64,000 bases of DNA from Octopus sinensis (lineage: Eukaryota), in assembly GCF_006345805.1 (NCBI RefSeq), contig NC_043002.1, positions 112,468,001 to 112,532,000 of the forward strand, given 5' to 3'. Shown one piece after another: positions 11,411 to 23,692 of this stretch. The notes beneath the pieces were generated by a model. That model ran no database searches. It worked only from the letters and a program-made list of their open reading frames with translations, and was not told where the DNA came from. The stretch's first letter is position 1. The number at the start of each line of letters is the position of its first letter. The position numbers were made by a program, and so were the translations under genes.

Positions 11411-11800
11411 GATTGAGAATGGAATAAAATTAAGGTTATATGTGTAAATATGCAATTTACATTAACAGATACACATGTAAAATTGGTTTCATTTCATTGG
11501 TCCTTTCAACTAACGGTTTTTTCTAAGAAATGGTGATGTACATAAAAGTTTAAAAAATCATATAATGTAAAATCGAAGAAAACCTTATACCAAAAATAAC
11601 TTTAGTTAGAATGAAAAGCATATATACCCAGTGTAAATCAATTAATGATAAAATAAATTTAATTAAAATAAATGTAATTAAAATAAATGTGTGTTTATAA
11701 TAATCTTAACTGACAGAAATCTAACAGCATAAAAATATAAACACACGTTATTCACATACAAATAACATTCACTTATACATACACAGACTAAAGATATATA

Positions 11801-12188
11801 TGGAAGCACTCCGTCGGTTACGACGATGAGGGTTCCGGTTGATCCGAATCAACGGAACAGCCTGCTCGTGAAATTAACGTGTAAGTGGCTGAGCACTCAA
11901 CAGACACGTGTACCCTTAACGTAGTTCTCGGGGATATTCAGCGTGACACAGAGAGTGACAAGGCCGGCCCTTTGAAATACAGGTACAACAGAAACAGGAA
12001 GTAAGAGTGAGAGAGAAAGTTGTGGTGAAAGAGTACAGCAGGGATCACCACCATCCCTCTGCCGGAGCCTCGTGGAGCTTTAGGTGTTTTCGCTCAATAA
12101 ACACTCACAACGCCCGGTCTGGGAATCGAAACCGCGATCCTATGACCGCGAGTCCGCTGCCCTAACCACTGGGCCATTGTGCCTCCAC
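11801..12188 (-). mobile_element. SINE family C, full length
   Basis: Reverse complement of 34122-34505. Confidence 0.92.
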
Positions 12189-12447
12189 ATATGTACTCTA
12201 AACATACAAATATTGATATATGCATACGTACATATATACAAACATATACAGGCAAAATAAATATGAATATATATATATATACTAATGTATACATAAGTAT
12301 CTACACATGCATCATACATCTCTGTCCGTATATTCTAAAAGCACAACTTTGTTGTTACAAGTTAGAAAAAGAATCAGAAGTGGTGAGAGAAAGAAAAAGA
12401 AGTGGCGGGAGGAAGAAAAAGAAAGGAAGACAGATAGAAAAAAACAG

Positions 12448-12487
<40 letters not shown>

Positions 12488-12670
12488 GATTTGAAAATAG
12501 CGTTTCTAATGTATTTATGGAAAAAGATACATCTAAGGTCTTATGTCTAAAGTCAAGCTTGTGAACACACACCTAAAGACATGCATATCCACATAGATAC
12601 ATACATATATACAATAATAACACACATCTATACACGCATACAAATATACAAATAAACATAAGCACACGCA

Positions 12671-12707
<37 letters not shown>

Positions 12708-12758
12708 GTATATATATATATATAATATATATAATATATATATAATATATATATATAT

Positions 12759-12791
<33 letters not shown>

Positions 12792-12824
12792 CTTATTTTA
12801 AAGCAGCGGAAAATTCTACAAAAC

Positions 12825-12862
12825 CTGTTACTCTGAGTTTCGCGTTGCCGTTCATCGGACAG
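12825..12862 (-). ncRNA. Minimal type I hammerhead motif, CCGAUGA core (U4C)
   Basis: CTGT-CCGATGA-ACG GCAA CGC-GAAA-CTC A GAG-T-A-ACAG: 4-bp stem I, GNRA loop, GUA triplet. Confidence 0.72.
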
Positions 12863-12878
12863 TTTTTGCTAGAAAAAA

Positions 12879-12913
12879 CTGTCCGATGAACGGCAACGCG
12901 AAACGAGTAACAG
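12879..12913 (+). ncRNA. Minimal type I hammerhead motif, CCGAUGA core, shortened stem III
   Basis: CTGT-CCGATGA-ACG GCAA CGC-GAAA-CGAG-T-A-ACAG; lacks TCA relative to the partner arm. Confidence 0.65.
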
Positions 12914-13429
12914 GTTTTGTAGAATTTTCTGCTGCTTTAAATAAGCATATTACTCTACCACTGGTATTGAGTACTCTTTTTTGCACCTTGTTTCACATTC
13001 ATGTGTTTACACTCCGGTATATATATATATATATTATATATATAATATATATATTTATATTTATATTTATATATATACATGAATACATAGAGCATAACTT
13101 ATATATGCATACGAATATATTAAAATCTGTTTGTTGAAGCTGAAGGAGACTTTATTGAATAAAATGACGAATCAATATGTTTATTCTCATCCTGAAAACC
13201 TTTTCCAATAAAAAGGCAATATTGTCAATTTCTAAAAGTCATTTTTGTGTAAGTGTATAACTGTCCTCAAATACCTTAAGCACCCTGTATATAAAGCAAT
13301 AGTATTTATTTTTAATCAAAGATAAATCAAGAGTGTATTATTATTTCCCAGGTCAAATTATTCATGTACCCAAGTATAGTACGGATTGACCCAGAGGTTT
13401 GGCCGTGCATTGAGGACACAGAGACTACG

Positions 13430-13465
<36 letters not shown>

Positions 13466-13826
13466 GAGCACACACTCACACACACACATACGCGCACACA
13501 CACGCACACACATTGTTGTATTTCGGGATGGGGTTTTTTTCCGTCCTCGTGTGTGCTCCTGTTCCGCTTAGTCCATTCTGGAAAATATCGCTGAAAAGGT
13601 CACAAATGTGTGACGAAAGATTTCCGGACAATGGACATGAGTTAAAATAAGAACAGTAATAAACGAGTGAAGGACGAATATATAGTGCGTGTGTTTATTT
13701 GGGGAAAAAAAAAGAATGTGACCATCACAAAATACGACAATATCTGTTTAAAACACAGTATTTACATCAGGATTCTTGCAGCACAAATTCATAAACGTAC
13801 ATACATACAACTATATATATATATAC

Positions 13827-13872
<46 letters not shown>

Positions 13873-13909
13873 GGTGTGTGTGTGTGTGTATATATGTTGT
13901 GTAATATAG

Positions 13910-13965
<56 letters not shown>

Positions 13966-14024
13966 ATATATAATATATATATATATATTATATATATATA
14001 TGTGTGTGTTTGTGTGTGTGTGTT

Positions 14025-14055
<31 letters not shown>

Positions 14056-14072
14056 CTATGTATATGTAGTTT

Positions 14073-14114
<42 letters not shown>

Positions 14115-14351
14115 TATATACATATATTATATATATCACACACACACACACACAAAATGGGATAAGAACGCAAAACATTCAAATAAACGATACAAAAAAC
14201 ACGGACGGGTCATTCGAAGCCTCTAATCTTCAGTCAAGGACCGGATCGTCCTCGCAATTTCGGCTGATTAATCTTGAGATTGCTCCAATCTCGCCAGGAA
14301 TATTAATATTTCTAAATCCCTAAAGGTGACTACGGCAGAGGTACAGGATAT

Positions 14352-14728
14352 TAATAGTTATCGCCAAGCTAACAAAGCAGCCAGGAAAATAGGACGAATG
14401 CTGCCGCTGACGCCATTGCCTCTAGCAAGCCATGTGACACACGAACCTGTGTCCTTTATATCCTTCGATCAGGGGAGGTCAGCCGCTTCCCCTTGCTAGT
14501 CTGGCATCTACAGACTAGTTTCGGGGTATACATTGATAAGGGGCTAATACCCCGAAACTAGTCAGTAGATATCAGACCAGCAAGGGGAAGTGGCTAACCT
14601 CCCCTTGATCGAAGGTTATAATGGACACATGTTCGTGTATCACATAGCTAGCTAGAGGTGATGGCCTCTTGGAGCTAATCAACGGCGGTCCTATTTTCCT
14701 GGACTGCTATGTTAGCTTGGCAACTAAT
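14352..14728. repeat. ~375-bp fold-back palindrome with a central hammerhead
   Basis: gccaagctaacaaagcagccaggaaaataggac .. gtcctattttcctggactgctatgttagcttggc; inner arms actagtttcggggtat / ataccccgaaactagt. Confidence 0.9.
14529..14567 (+). ncRNA. Minimal type I hammerhead motif, U3-A8 variant
   Basis: TACA-TTGATAA-GGGG CTAATA CCCC-GAAA-CTAG-T-C-AGTA; palindromic stem III ACTAGT, GUC triplet; the opposite arm keeps TGTA, which restores stem I. Confidence 0.7.
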
Positions 14729-14759
14729 ATGTGTGTGTGTGCGTGTATATATATATATA

Positions 14760-15082
14760 CTGCGTGGCACCTTGGGAAAGTGTCTTCTACTATAGCCTTG
14801 GGCCGACCAAAGCCTTGTGAGTGGATTTGGTAAACGTAAACTGAAAAGAAGCCCGTCGTTTATATGTATATATATATATATGTGTGTATATATATGTTTG
14901 TGTGTCTGTGTTTGTCCCCCTAGCATTGCTTGACAACCGATGCTGGTGTATTTATGTCCCCGTTACTTAGCGGTTCGGCAAAAGAGACCGATATAATAAG
15001 TACTGGGCTTACAAAAAGAATAAGTCCCGGGGTCGAGTTGCTCGATTAAAGGCGGTGCTCCAGCATGGCCGCAGTCAAATGA
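14760..15082 (+). mobile_element. SINE family A, 5'-truncated
   Basis: Matches the body of 23298-23700. Confidence 0.88.
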
Positions 15083-15104
15083 ATATATGCATACTTATAT
15101 ATAT

Positions 15105-15505
15105 ATATATTTAAATGTCTTGCTTTGGAAAAATTGCATTTACTCTCTTTTACTCTTTTACTTGTTTCAGTCATTTGACTTCGGCCATGCTGGAGCACCG
15201 CCTTTAATCGAGCAACTCGACCCCGGGACTTATTCTTTTGGAAGCCCAGTACTTATTCTATCGGTCTCTCTTGCCGAACCGCTAAGTGGGTATGATTAGT
15301 AAAACTTTTTGGTAGAAATGACTAATGTCCCTCTTAGCGTGTGGCATGTATGTGTAATAATGCCCTCTATATATAAATTAATATGTTCAATAAGAAAGAA
15401 TTATTTTCGAAATTTTTCTCTTATGAGGTTTTTCACGCTATCTACCTGATAATTTCTTGTTAAGATTCCTTATTAAGAAGTTATCCTTTATTGTTAAATA
15501 ATTAT
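15105..15505 (+). mobile_element. Family E unit interrupted by a SINE-A 3' fragment (15140-15285, minus)
   Basis: Matches 2770-2910 and is the reverse complement of 2012-2088/2455-2627. Confidence 0.75.
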
Positions 15506-15581
15506 ATATATATATATATATATGTATTTGAAACACACATCCACATCCACTCAAATATGTACATATGTATGTATGTATATG

Positions 15582-15614
<33 letters not shown>

Positions 15615-15634
15615 ATGTATATATATGTACATAT

Positions 15635-15970
15635 ACTCTTTACTCTTTACTCTTTTACTTGTTTCAATCATTTGACTTCGGCCATGCTGGAGCACCGCCT
15701 TTAGTCGAGCAAATCGACCCTGGAACTTATTCTTTCTAAGCCCAGTACTTATTCTATCGGTCTATTTTGCCAAACCGCTAAGTGACGAGGACGTAAACAC
15801 ACCAGCATCGGTTGTCAAGCGATCTTGGATGGGACAAACACAGACACACAAACATACACATATATATTATACATATATACGACGGGCTTCTTTCAGTTTC
15901 CGTCTACCAAATCCACTCACAAGGCATTGGTCGGCCCGGGGCTATAGCAGAAGACACTTGCCCAAGCTGC
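15635..15970 (-). mobile_element. SINE family A, head missing
   Basis: Reverse complement of the family A body and tail. Confidence 0.88.
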
Positions 15971-17114
15971 CACGCATACATGCATACTTATATTTATGCA
16001 TATATATACTTACACATGTGAGTACGCATATTATTTACGTGAATCTGTGTGTGTGTATATATATATATATATATGCATATATCTATATGTGCATGCATAT
16101 ATATATATTTATATATATATATGTTCATGCATATATCTATGCATATATACATACATGTATGTGTGTGTAATATATATATTCATAAACTTATTCATATATG
16201 TATACATACTTATGGATGCATACATAATCAAGTAAGTATACATACATATATACGCATATACATATATATATATATATACGTATATATATATACCCACTTA
16301 TATTTGCATAAATTGTCTTATATCTGTGTATGCGTATATTTACATACATGTATATATACATCCATACACGAAAATGTGTACGTATAGAGTTATTTACACG
16401 CATGCACGCAATTATTTATTACTCACAGACGTATATAAACGCATTTATACACTCATATATATGCACACTCATATAAACGCCTACATATGTACACGTATGT
16501 GTACACATATATCTATTCACTCACACAAACAAATATATCTCCACACCTAAATATTTATAATACCTAATCTGACCATATGCTCCTGATATAGCGGTAGGGA
16601 TGTAAGATAACGAACGATAAGGTTTGTCTGTTAATAGGTGTATGTGTGGACGAGATATTAGAAGTGATGAGAGAGAGAAAGGAGCGGAGAAGGAGCGGAG
16701 AAGGAGCGAGCGCAATATAAGAATGACAAAAAAACAAAATGAAAGAATGAAAGAAATGAAGAAGTAGAAAGAATTGTTAGAAGTGGAATCAAACAAACGG
16801 CTAAAAGTTGCTTGTTTGGAAGCTATTTATTTTCATTATATCTCCTTAGTGAGCACTGAAGTCGTGGTGCTAATCCTTTAATCTGCTGGTTTGAAGTGGT
16901 TCATTATAAATGCGATTTTTATTTGATGACCAATCGATTCTCTAGAAAAGTGATCGACAAACGGTAAAGTTGCACTGTGGGAAGACAATAGCATGACACT
17001 GGAATTAGAACTTCTATCAAAACGTCACTAATCTAACTAAATCCTCGTGGCTTTCTTCTTGTGCTTGTTTGTGTCTTTATTTTCGCGCACGCGCATGCGT
17101 GTGAAGGAGTGAGT

Positions 17115-17151
<37 letters not shown>

Positions 17152-17929
17152 TGTATATGCGCGTTTGTATGTGTGTAGTTTTCTGCGCTTGTAGTGTTGT
17201 GTAAGTATTTATATCTTTGTATCGCTTAAGCTGTTGCATGTATTTAACTATCACAAAGTCTGTGCGTGTTCTTGCGTATGCATAAGGCCTGTACGTGCGT
17301 GCATCGGGGAATACGTTCTGTGTATGCGTAAAGTCCTGTATATATGTGTCAGGTCGCTTAAGTGCTTCTTGTGACATGTAATCCAGTACAACCTGTTACA
17401 TAGCCAGGTCGTCGGTGATCAAACCGACACAGCTTCCAGACTCGTCTGTAAGGAGGGTTGCTGGAAACTCAACGAGACAGATACAAGACCTGACAAAAAA
17501 GATGGATGAACCCTATTTAAAGCGAACAGCTATCTCACTAGAGAGCAAGGGACAAAAATATCCACGAATATTGATCAAGCGGGTTGCACGACCTGTTTGC
17601 GTTTGATAGACTCTTAGTGTTTGTCATAACATAGGTACATGGCAGCAGATAGGGGTTTTACAGTTGTATTGGGGACCTATATGCACTGCTCTGAGCATTT
17701 GTGAGTGAGTCCAGAAAAGCGAAAGATAGTGAGTATACCCTGAGAACAAACAAAAAAAAGCTATGGTGGTTATGCACAAACGCACATACATACGTACTTA
17801 CAAACATATATACATACATATGCACCTAGTTACAGTATCCTCAAAGGATGTAGGATTGGAGTTTGGTTAGGATAAATGTTATTATATGGTTGTGAAAAGG
17901 AGAAAAACTATAAACCAGACATATTATTT

Positions 17930-19010
17930 GCCAACATAACGTGGCAGTACTGATTTAGCACGAAGATGACTTGCCTTTGTTAACTTTTGCCCTGCAACCA
18001 CCTCGTATCCTTTGATAGCGTCCTCTACACATGTTAGTTGCACTTCATTGGACACGATGAAAGTTATGTCATCCGCATAAGCAGAGATCGACTTAGCGCA
18101 TCCGATTTCATTAGAGTTGCCTCCCAACTTCTCTAACTTCTGCAGCAATGGCTTAAGAGCCAACACGTACAGAAGCGGAGACAGGGGACACCCTTGACGA
18201 ACTGAGCGCTTGATCGAAAACGGCTCCGACAGGTAGCCGTTAATCTGGACGGTGGATTTTATGCCGCTATACTTGGCGGAGATCCACCTACGGAAGTCCA
18301 GACCCAGCCCAGCCGCTTCGAGGACCGCCCCCAGGTACTGGTGGTCTACCCTATCAAACGCTTTACATTGGTCCATATAGACCAATGTAAAGCGTTTGAT
18401 AGGGTAGACCACCTTTGCCGGTTAATTTACCCAGCCTGTCTAAGATGTAGCGTATAAGTTGAAGATTGTCCTGGATCGACCTGCCTGGGATGGCGCAAGT
18501 CTGCGCCTACCCTACATGTTTCTACACAAGACGCGTCAACCTTTTGGCTAACACCTTGGCCAAAATCTTGAACTCTACGTTAAGTAGAGTTATGGGCCTA
18601 TAATTACTAATATCATTCCCCTTGATCGGATCCTTCTGGATCAGCGTCACCACTCCCCTCACTCACAGAGCTGGGAGTCCCCCCATTCTGTTGCGAGTTT
18701 GTGTAGACGCTGGCCAGGAGATCCCCGAATAAGTCCGCATACTACGATAAAACTCCAGCCCCGGCGCACTTGACCAACACCTCTTTTACCTCTGCAGAAG
18801 TAATCGGTCCTTCACAGCATTCCACCTCCCGGGCCGAGAGCCGCGGCCCACCGGCTAGGAAGTCCTTTAAGGGCTCCCCGGTTGTTCGCTCTCCCCGAAC
18901 AACCGGGCGAAATGCTGGTGAAAGACCTTTTGCATCATTTCCTGTCCATAGATCTTGCGCCCCTGTTCGTCAGTTCAAGACTTTATAGAGGCTTTTTTGC
19001 CCCTCTGACA
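17930..19010 (-). pseudogene. Tx1/L1-clade non-LTR retrotransposon ORF2 (reverse transcriptase) fragment, disrupted
   Basis: NYRPITLLNVEFKILAKVLAKRL, KAFDRVDH, SVRQGCPLSPLLYVLAL, YADD motifs; frameshifts and stops. Confidence 0.9.
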
Positions 19011-19074
19011 CTCCACACGACGGGACCAACAACTGATCAGTCTTCTTTGAAATATAGTACCTAAACGAATAATC

Positions 19075-19550
19075 CATTCTACTATAGGTACGAAGCCTCA
19101 AATTTGGGAGAAGGGCATAGTCGATTACATCGATCCCAATGTTTCACTGGTACTTAATTTATCGACCCCGAAAAGATGAAAGGGAAAATCGACCTCGGTG
19201 GAATTTGAACTCAGAACGTAAAGACAGACGAAATACCTATTTCTTTACTACCCACAACGGGCCAAACACAGAGAGGACAAACAAGGACAGACAAACGGAT
19301 CAAGTCGATTACATCGACCCCAGTGCGTAACTGGTACTTAATTTATCGACCCCGAAAGGATGAAAGACAAAGTCGACCTTGGCGGAATTTGTACTCAGAA
19401 CGTAACGGCACAAAACTTTGGGGGAGGGGGCCAGTCGATTAGATCGACCCCAGTACGCAACTGGTACTTAATTTATCGACCCCGAAAAGATGAAAGGCGA
19501 GTCTACCTCGGCGGAATTTGAACTCAGAACGTAAAGACAGACGAAATAAG
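19075..19550 (-). mobile_element. Cluster of three partial SINE-B copies (tail ii, tail i, tail ii)
   Basis: Three repeats of gtcgatt.catcgacccc..ctggtacttaatttatcgaccccgaaa. Confidence 0.88.
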
Positions 19551-20656
19551 TATCAAATTATTGAGTTGGTGATAATGCTTGTAGTAATTATGCTTCAACG
19601 ATCTGTCTATTGAGTGCAAATTCTGTCGATGCGGACTGCGATTTCCATCTCTTCAGAGACAATCGTTTCAATAAAAATAATATATTTTGTCCGTGAGACC
19701 ATCCAATCAAATGTTCCTTTCCGCCACAGAATCGTAATCTTTGTACTAAAAATAGATGCCACTTTGTTAGTATATGGTCAAGTAATTTGAGGAAATTCCA
19801 GTTTCCAAATCATAACTGATAAAAAAATATAGTAATGAAATTTTTGTTATATAAAATGTTAATCTCAAATTCTCTTTCTTCTAGAGTGCAGCGAGTTCTA
19901 TTAGATTATTTTCAGGAATTGTTTCTATTGTCACATGAAAAAGTATAGTAAATAATTTGAAGTCATCCATGTGTAACCGAATGTCTGCAAAATGTATGGA
20001 ATATTCAGTTCTGAAATTACGTGTTAGCGGATTTAATTTCCTGCAATCTAGGAAAATTAATAAAGTAGCTAACTAACTACAATGGGAAATTATATTACTA
20101 AGAATGCAAGAACTGAACACACAGCACCTATTGAAAATTTTCATGTTTTTTCTGTTATTAAGTATTGCATGGCTTCCATGTGTATCTGTAACTTAATTTG
20201 TGAATACAAAACAATCTGTATTCAAACATTTCACGACTTACCATTTGTTTTCTGTTCGCCAGGCAAAATTTCCTAAATTCTGGCATTTTGTGTCATGATA
20301 CAAATCCTTAAATTCTGTATTTTATAGCAATTAAATTTCGTGTTCCACGGAAAGTATGTCTCTGTTTAAACTTCCAGGAATACATGAGAATTAGCTTCTA
20401 AAGTTTCTTTGTGAAAATATAGTCTTCGGATTCCTAACTGATACATCCTGCTACACGTAACTCCATGAATTAATGTTCTTTAGAGAACCATCTCGAAGAA
20501 TAATGAAGTGTATTTTATTTCCATACAGATATTTTTCTGGATACCTCAATTCATTGTCAGCAGAATCATTAGATATTTGGGCAAAATACCTATGTATATC
20601 CCTTTACGTCCTGAATACAAATCCTGCCGAAGGCAACTTTACATTTGTTCTTACGG

Positions 20657-20707
<51 letters not shown>

Positions 20708-20727
20708 GATAGATAGATAGATAGATG

Positions 20728-20774
<47 letters not shown>

Positions 20775-20775
<1 letters not shown>

Positions 20776-21100
20776 TGTTTCTTTATTAGCCACACAGGGC
20801 TGCACACAGACAGAACAAATTACAAGGTAGAGCTTTCTTTTGGGGGTAAAAAAAAGGGGGGTGGTTTTCGATCAAAAGGGATCGTAAAAGGAAAGAAAGA
20901 GGACAAAAAAGGGGAGGATTTTAAAAAAAAGGTGGGGGGGAGGAAAAAAAAAGAAATGGGGAGAGGAAAAAAAGTTGATCAATAGGGATCGTAATCACAG
21001 AAATGTCAATATAAAGTGTAAAGGGGAGGACAGGTGAGGTTTACCCGTGGAAAGAAAAGCCTACGGAAAAGATCACGGTAACCTCGGTCAATGAAGTCAC
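20775..21100 (-). mobile_element. Probable 3' UTR of a 5'-truncated Tx1/L1-like element ending at a (TATC)n tract
   Basis: Pyrimidine/T-rich sense strand ending tctgtgtgcagccctgtgtggctaataaagaaa; no ORF, so the clade call is inference. Confidence 0.55.
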
Positions 21101-21589
21101 ATGTTATATTTCTTTTTTAGATAAAATACTAGTCGAGATGTGAGTATATATGATGAACTGTTGTCTCACAGAAATCATAGTTACCACCGAAGTTGAATCA
21201 ACTAGAAGTATTTATCTGTGCCTATTCATGGAATAAACTCAAAAATATCTTTTGTATTACTAGATTCTTAACTGTTAAGAAAGCCATTTGCAGAGGAACG
21301 ATAGGTGACGCGAACAATCAAAATTACATAAAACGTATAACTAACAAGAGAAAAAGATTCAATTTCAAGAATCAAAATGTCACATATTGAATTCGTATAT
21401 TTGAAAGATGGGCGATGAAAAGTTGAAAATGGTATTTTTGCTATCATTTCAGCAAAAGTTTTCATCATTAGTGATTCAGTGATTGAAAATATGACTCTGA
21501 AAGTACTTTTGAATTATTATTGAACTTGACTGAAATGTAATTCGTGCTAACATAAAGTGTGATCGAGTAAAGGTAGCGTGCATGTGGAA

Positions 21590-21880
21590 TCGTTAGAATA
21601 CCGGGCAAAATGTTTAGCAGCATTTCGTCCGTCCTCACGTTCTGAGTTCAAATTCCACCGAGGTCGACTTCGCCTTTCATCTTTTCGGGGTCGATAACAT
21701 AAATGCCAGTTGAGCACTGGGGGCGATGTAATCGACTAACCCTTCCCCCAAAGTTTTAGGCCTTGTGCCTATAATAGAAACAATTATTATAAGTCGGTGA
21801 TCTGGCAAAACCGTTAGCACGCCGGGCGAACTGCTTGGCAGCATTTTGTCCCGCTTCACGTTCTTGGTTCAAATTCCGCA
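21590..21880 (+). mobile_element. SINE family B (tail ii) followed by a second B head
   Basis: Family B motifs; tail aggccttgtgcctataatagaaacaattatta. Similar copies at 24210-24425, 26490-26650 (-), 28675-28790, 30838-31045, 31065-31200, 44740-44920. Confidence 0.8.
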
Positions 21881-22089
21881 GTGAGCGAACAGAATTATTA
21901 GCGTTTCGGACAAAATATTTAGCGACATTTCTTCCGGCTTTTTACGTTCCCTGTTGAAATTTCGCAGCGATCGTGGCTTTCCGTAACATTATAAAAAGCA
22001 CAATCATGGTATTGAATGTATCCACTTTTCAATTGTACATACCTTCCAGTTAGTTAGACTTTCTTCCCATTTTACCCACGAATTGTAAA

Positions 22090-22589
22090 TCTTTATATAT
22101 AAAAGTGAAGTTGTGTCTGTCTCCTACGATTTAGATTCCTAACTACTCCCATATTTTGCGGTGCAGTGTAACCAAAACCGGGTATCTTATAGTCGTGATT
22201 CATATCGAGCCCTTCTGGGTATTAGCGCGCGTCTACGATGAGTCTACGATTTTTTAAAAAATTACCATCATTTTTTTCCATTTTTAATGCATTTTCTTCG
22301 CTATTATATAAGGGAAGTAACTCTCTAAAAATGTCTACGATGAGTCAACGATTTTTTAAAAAAATTACCATCATTTTTTTCCATTTTAATGCATTTTTTT
22401 CGCTATTATATAAGGGAAGTAACTCTCTAAAAATGTCTACGATGAGTCAACGATTTTTAAAAAAGTTTACCATCATTTTTTTTTTCCATTTTCAATGCAT
22501 TTTTTGCTATTTTTTGGCTATAACGCTCTAAAAATGCTTATATAGTTATTTCCCTTACAAACCCGAGCAACGCCGGGCGATACTGCTAG
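22090..22589 (+). mobile_element. Non-autonomous Helitron-like element with internal ~103-bp tandem repeat (~3 copies)
   Basis: a|TCtttatatataaaag start; 3' hairpin cccgagcaacgccggg then CTAG|t; A^T target; internal units start near 22231, 22332, 22436. Confidence 0.85.
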
Positions 22590-23297
22590 TTTGCTATAAA
22601 TGCTTCACTTTATTGACAATGTGTCACCTGCCTGTTATTCCGTTTGTTTTTTGTTCTTTTTTCTTTTAGCGCAGTTTAATTTTGTTACACTGTTTGTTGT
22701 GAGATCACGATTATTCAACTAAATCGAAAATAGTTTTGAGTAGATGCAATAGCCTTCATTTTACGTTTTGTTACGAATGTCCGATACTGGAGAAGTTAAT
22801 TCCTCTACTTCTATCCCTTAAATTACGAAGATTCAGAATTAAAAGTGTCCGAATTTTAGGCTCGTTGAGCGATGAAGGCACGCAGCTTAAGGTTATAACT
22901 TGGTTCATTGTGAATGATCTTCAATCACATACGGTGCCACCGCGTAATTTCCAATTTTTAAAACAAACTGGGTTATTGGATAACATCAATTAAACAAGTA
23001 AATTTCTTTTTGGCTTTATTTACTCGAAACTTAATTCTAGGAATTGTACAAGAGTTTACCAATTACGCTTAAAGTCAAAGTATTGAGACATACACTTTTG
23101 AGAAAAAGACCTAGGTCTGGGACCTGGGGAAATAGGATCTACGATGAAGGCTATTTCTGGTATTTTTCATAAATATGAGGCTAATTATGAAAAAAGGTAT
23201 GTTTAATTGATTAAACTCTCACAGGAAACACCGTGTTTTTTTGTTCAATTTTCAAACAAGACACATTTATGTTACCTTTATTTATATGTTACACATT

Positions 23298-23692
23298 AGG
23301 CGCAGGAGTGGCTGTGTGGTAAATAGCTTGCTTACCAACCACATGGTTCCGGGTTCAGTCCCACTGCGTGGCACCTTGGGCAAGTGTTTTCTACTATAGC
23401 CTCGGGCCGACCAAAGCCTTGTGAGTGGATTTGGTAGACGGAAACTGAAAGAAGCCCGTCGTATATATGTATATATATATATGCGTGTGTTTGTGTGTCT
23501 GTGTTTGTCTCCCCAACATCGCTTGACAACCGATGCTGGTGTGTTTATGTCGCCGTAACTTAGCGGTTCGGCAAAAGAGACCGATAGAATAAGTACTGGG
23601 CTTACAAAGAATAAGACCCGGGGTCGATTTGCTCGACTAAAGGCGGTGCTCCAGCATGGCCGCAGTCAAATGACTGAAACAAGCAAAAGAGC

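Larger units (their letters stand above)
12792..12946. repeat. 155-bp near-perfect palindrome with two divergent hammerhead motifs
   Basis: cttattttaaagcagcggaaaattctacaaaacctgttac.. mirrored by ..gtaacaggttttgtagaattttctgctgctttaaataag; (TA)n on the left. Confidence 0.92.
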
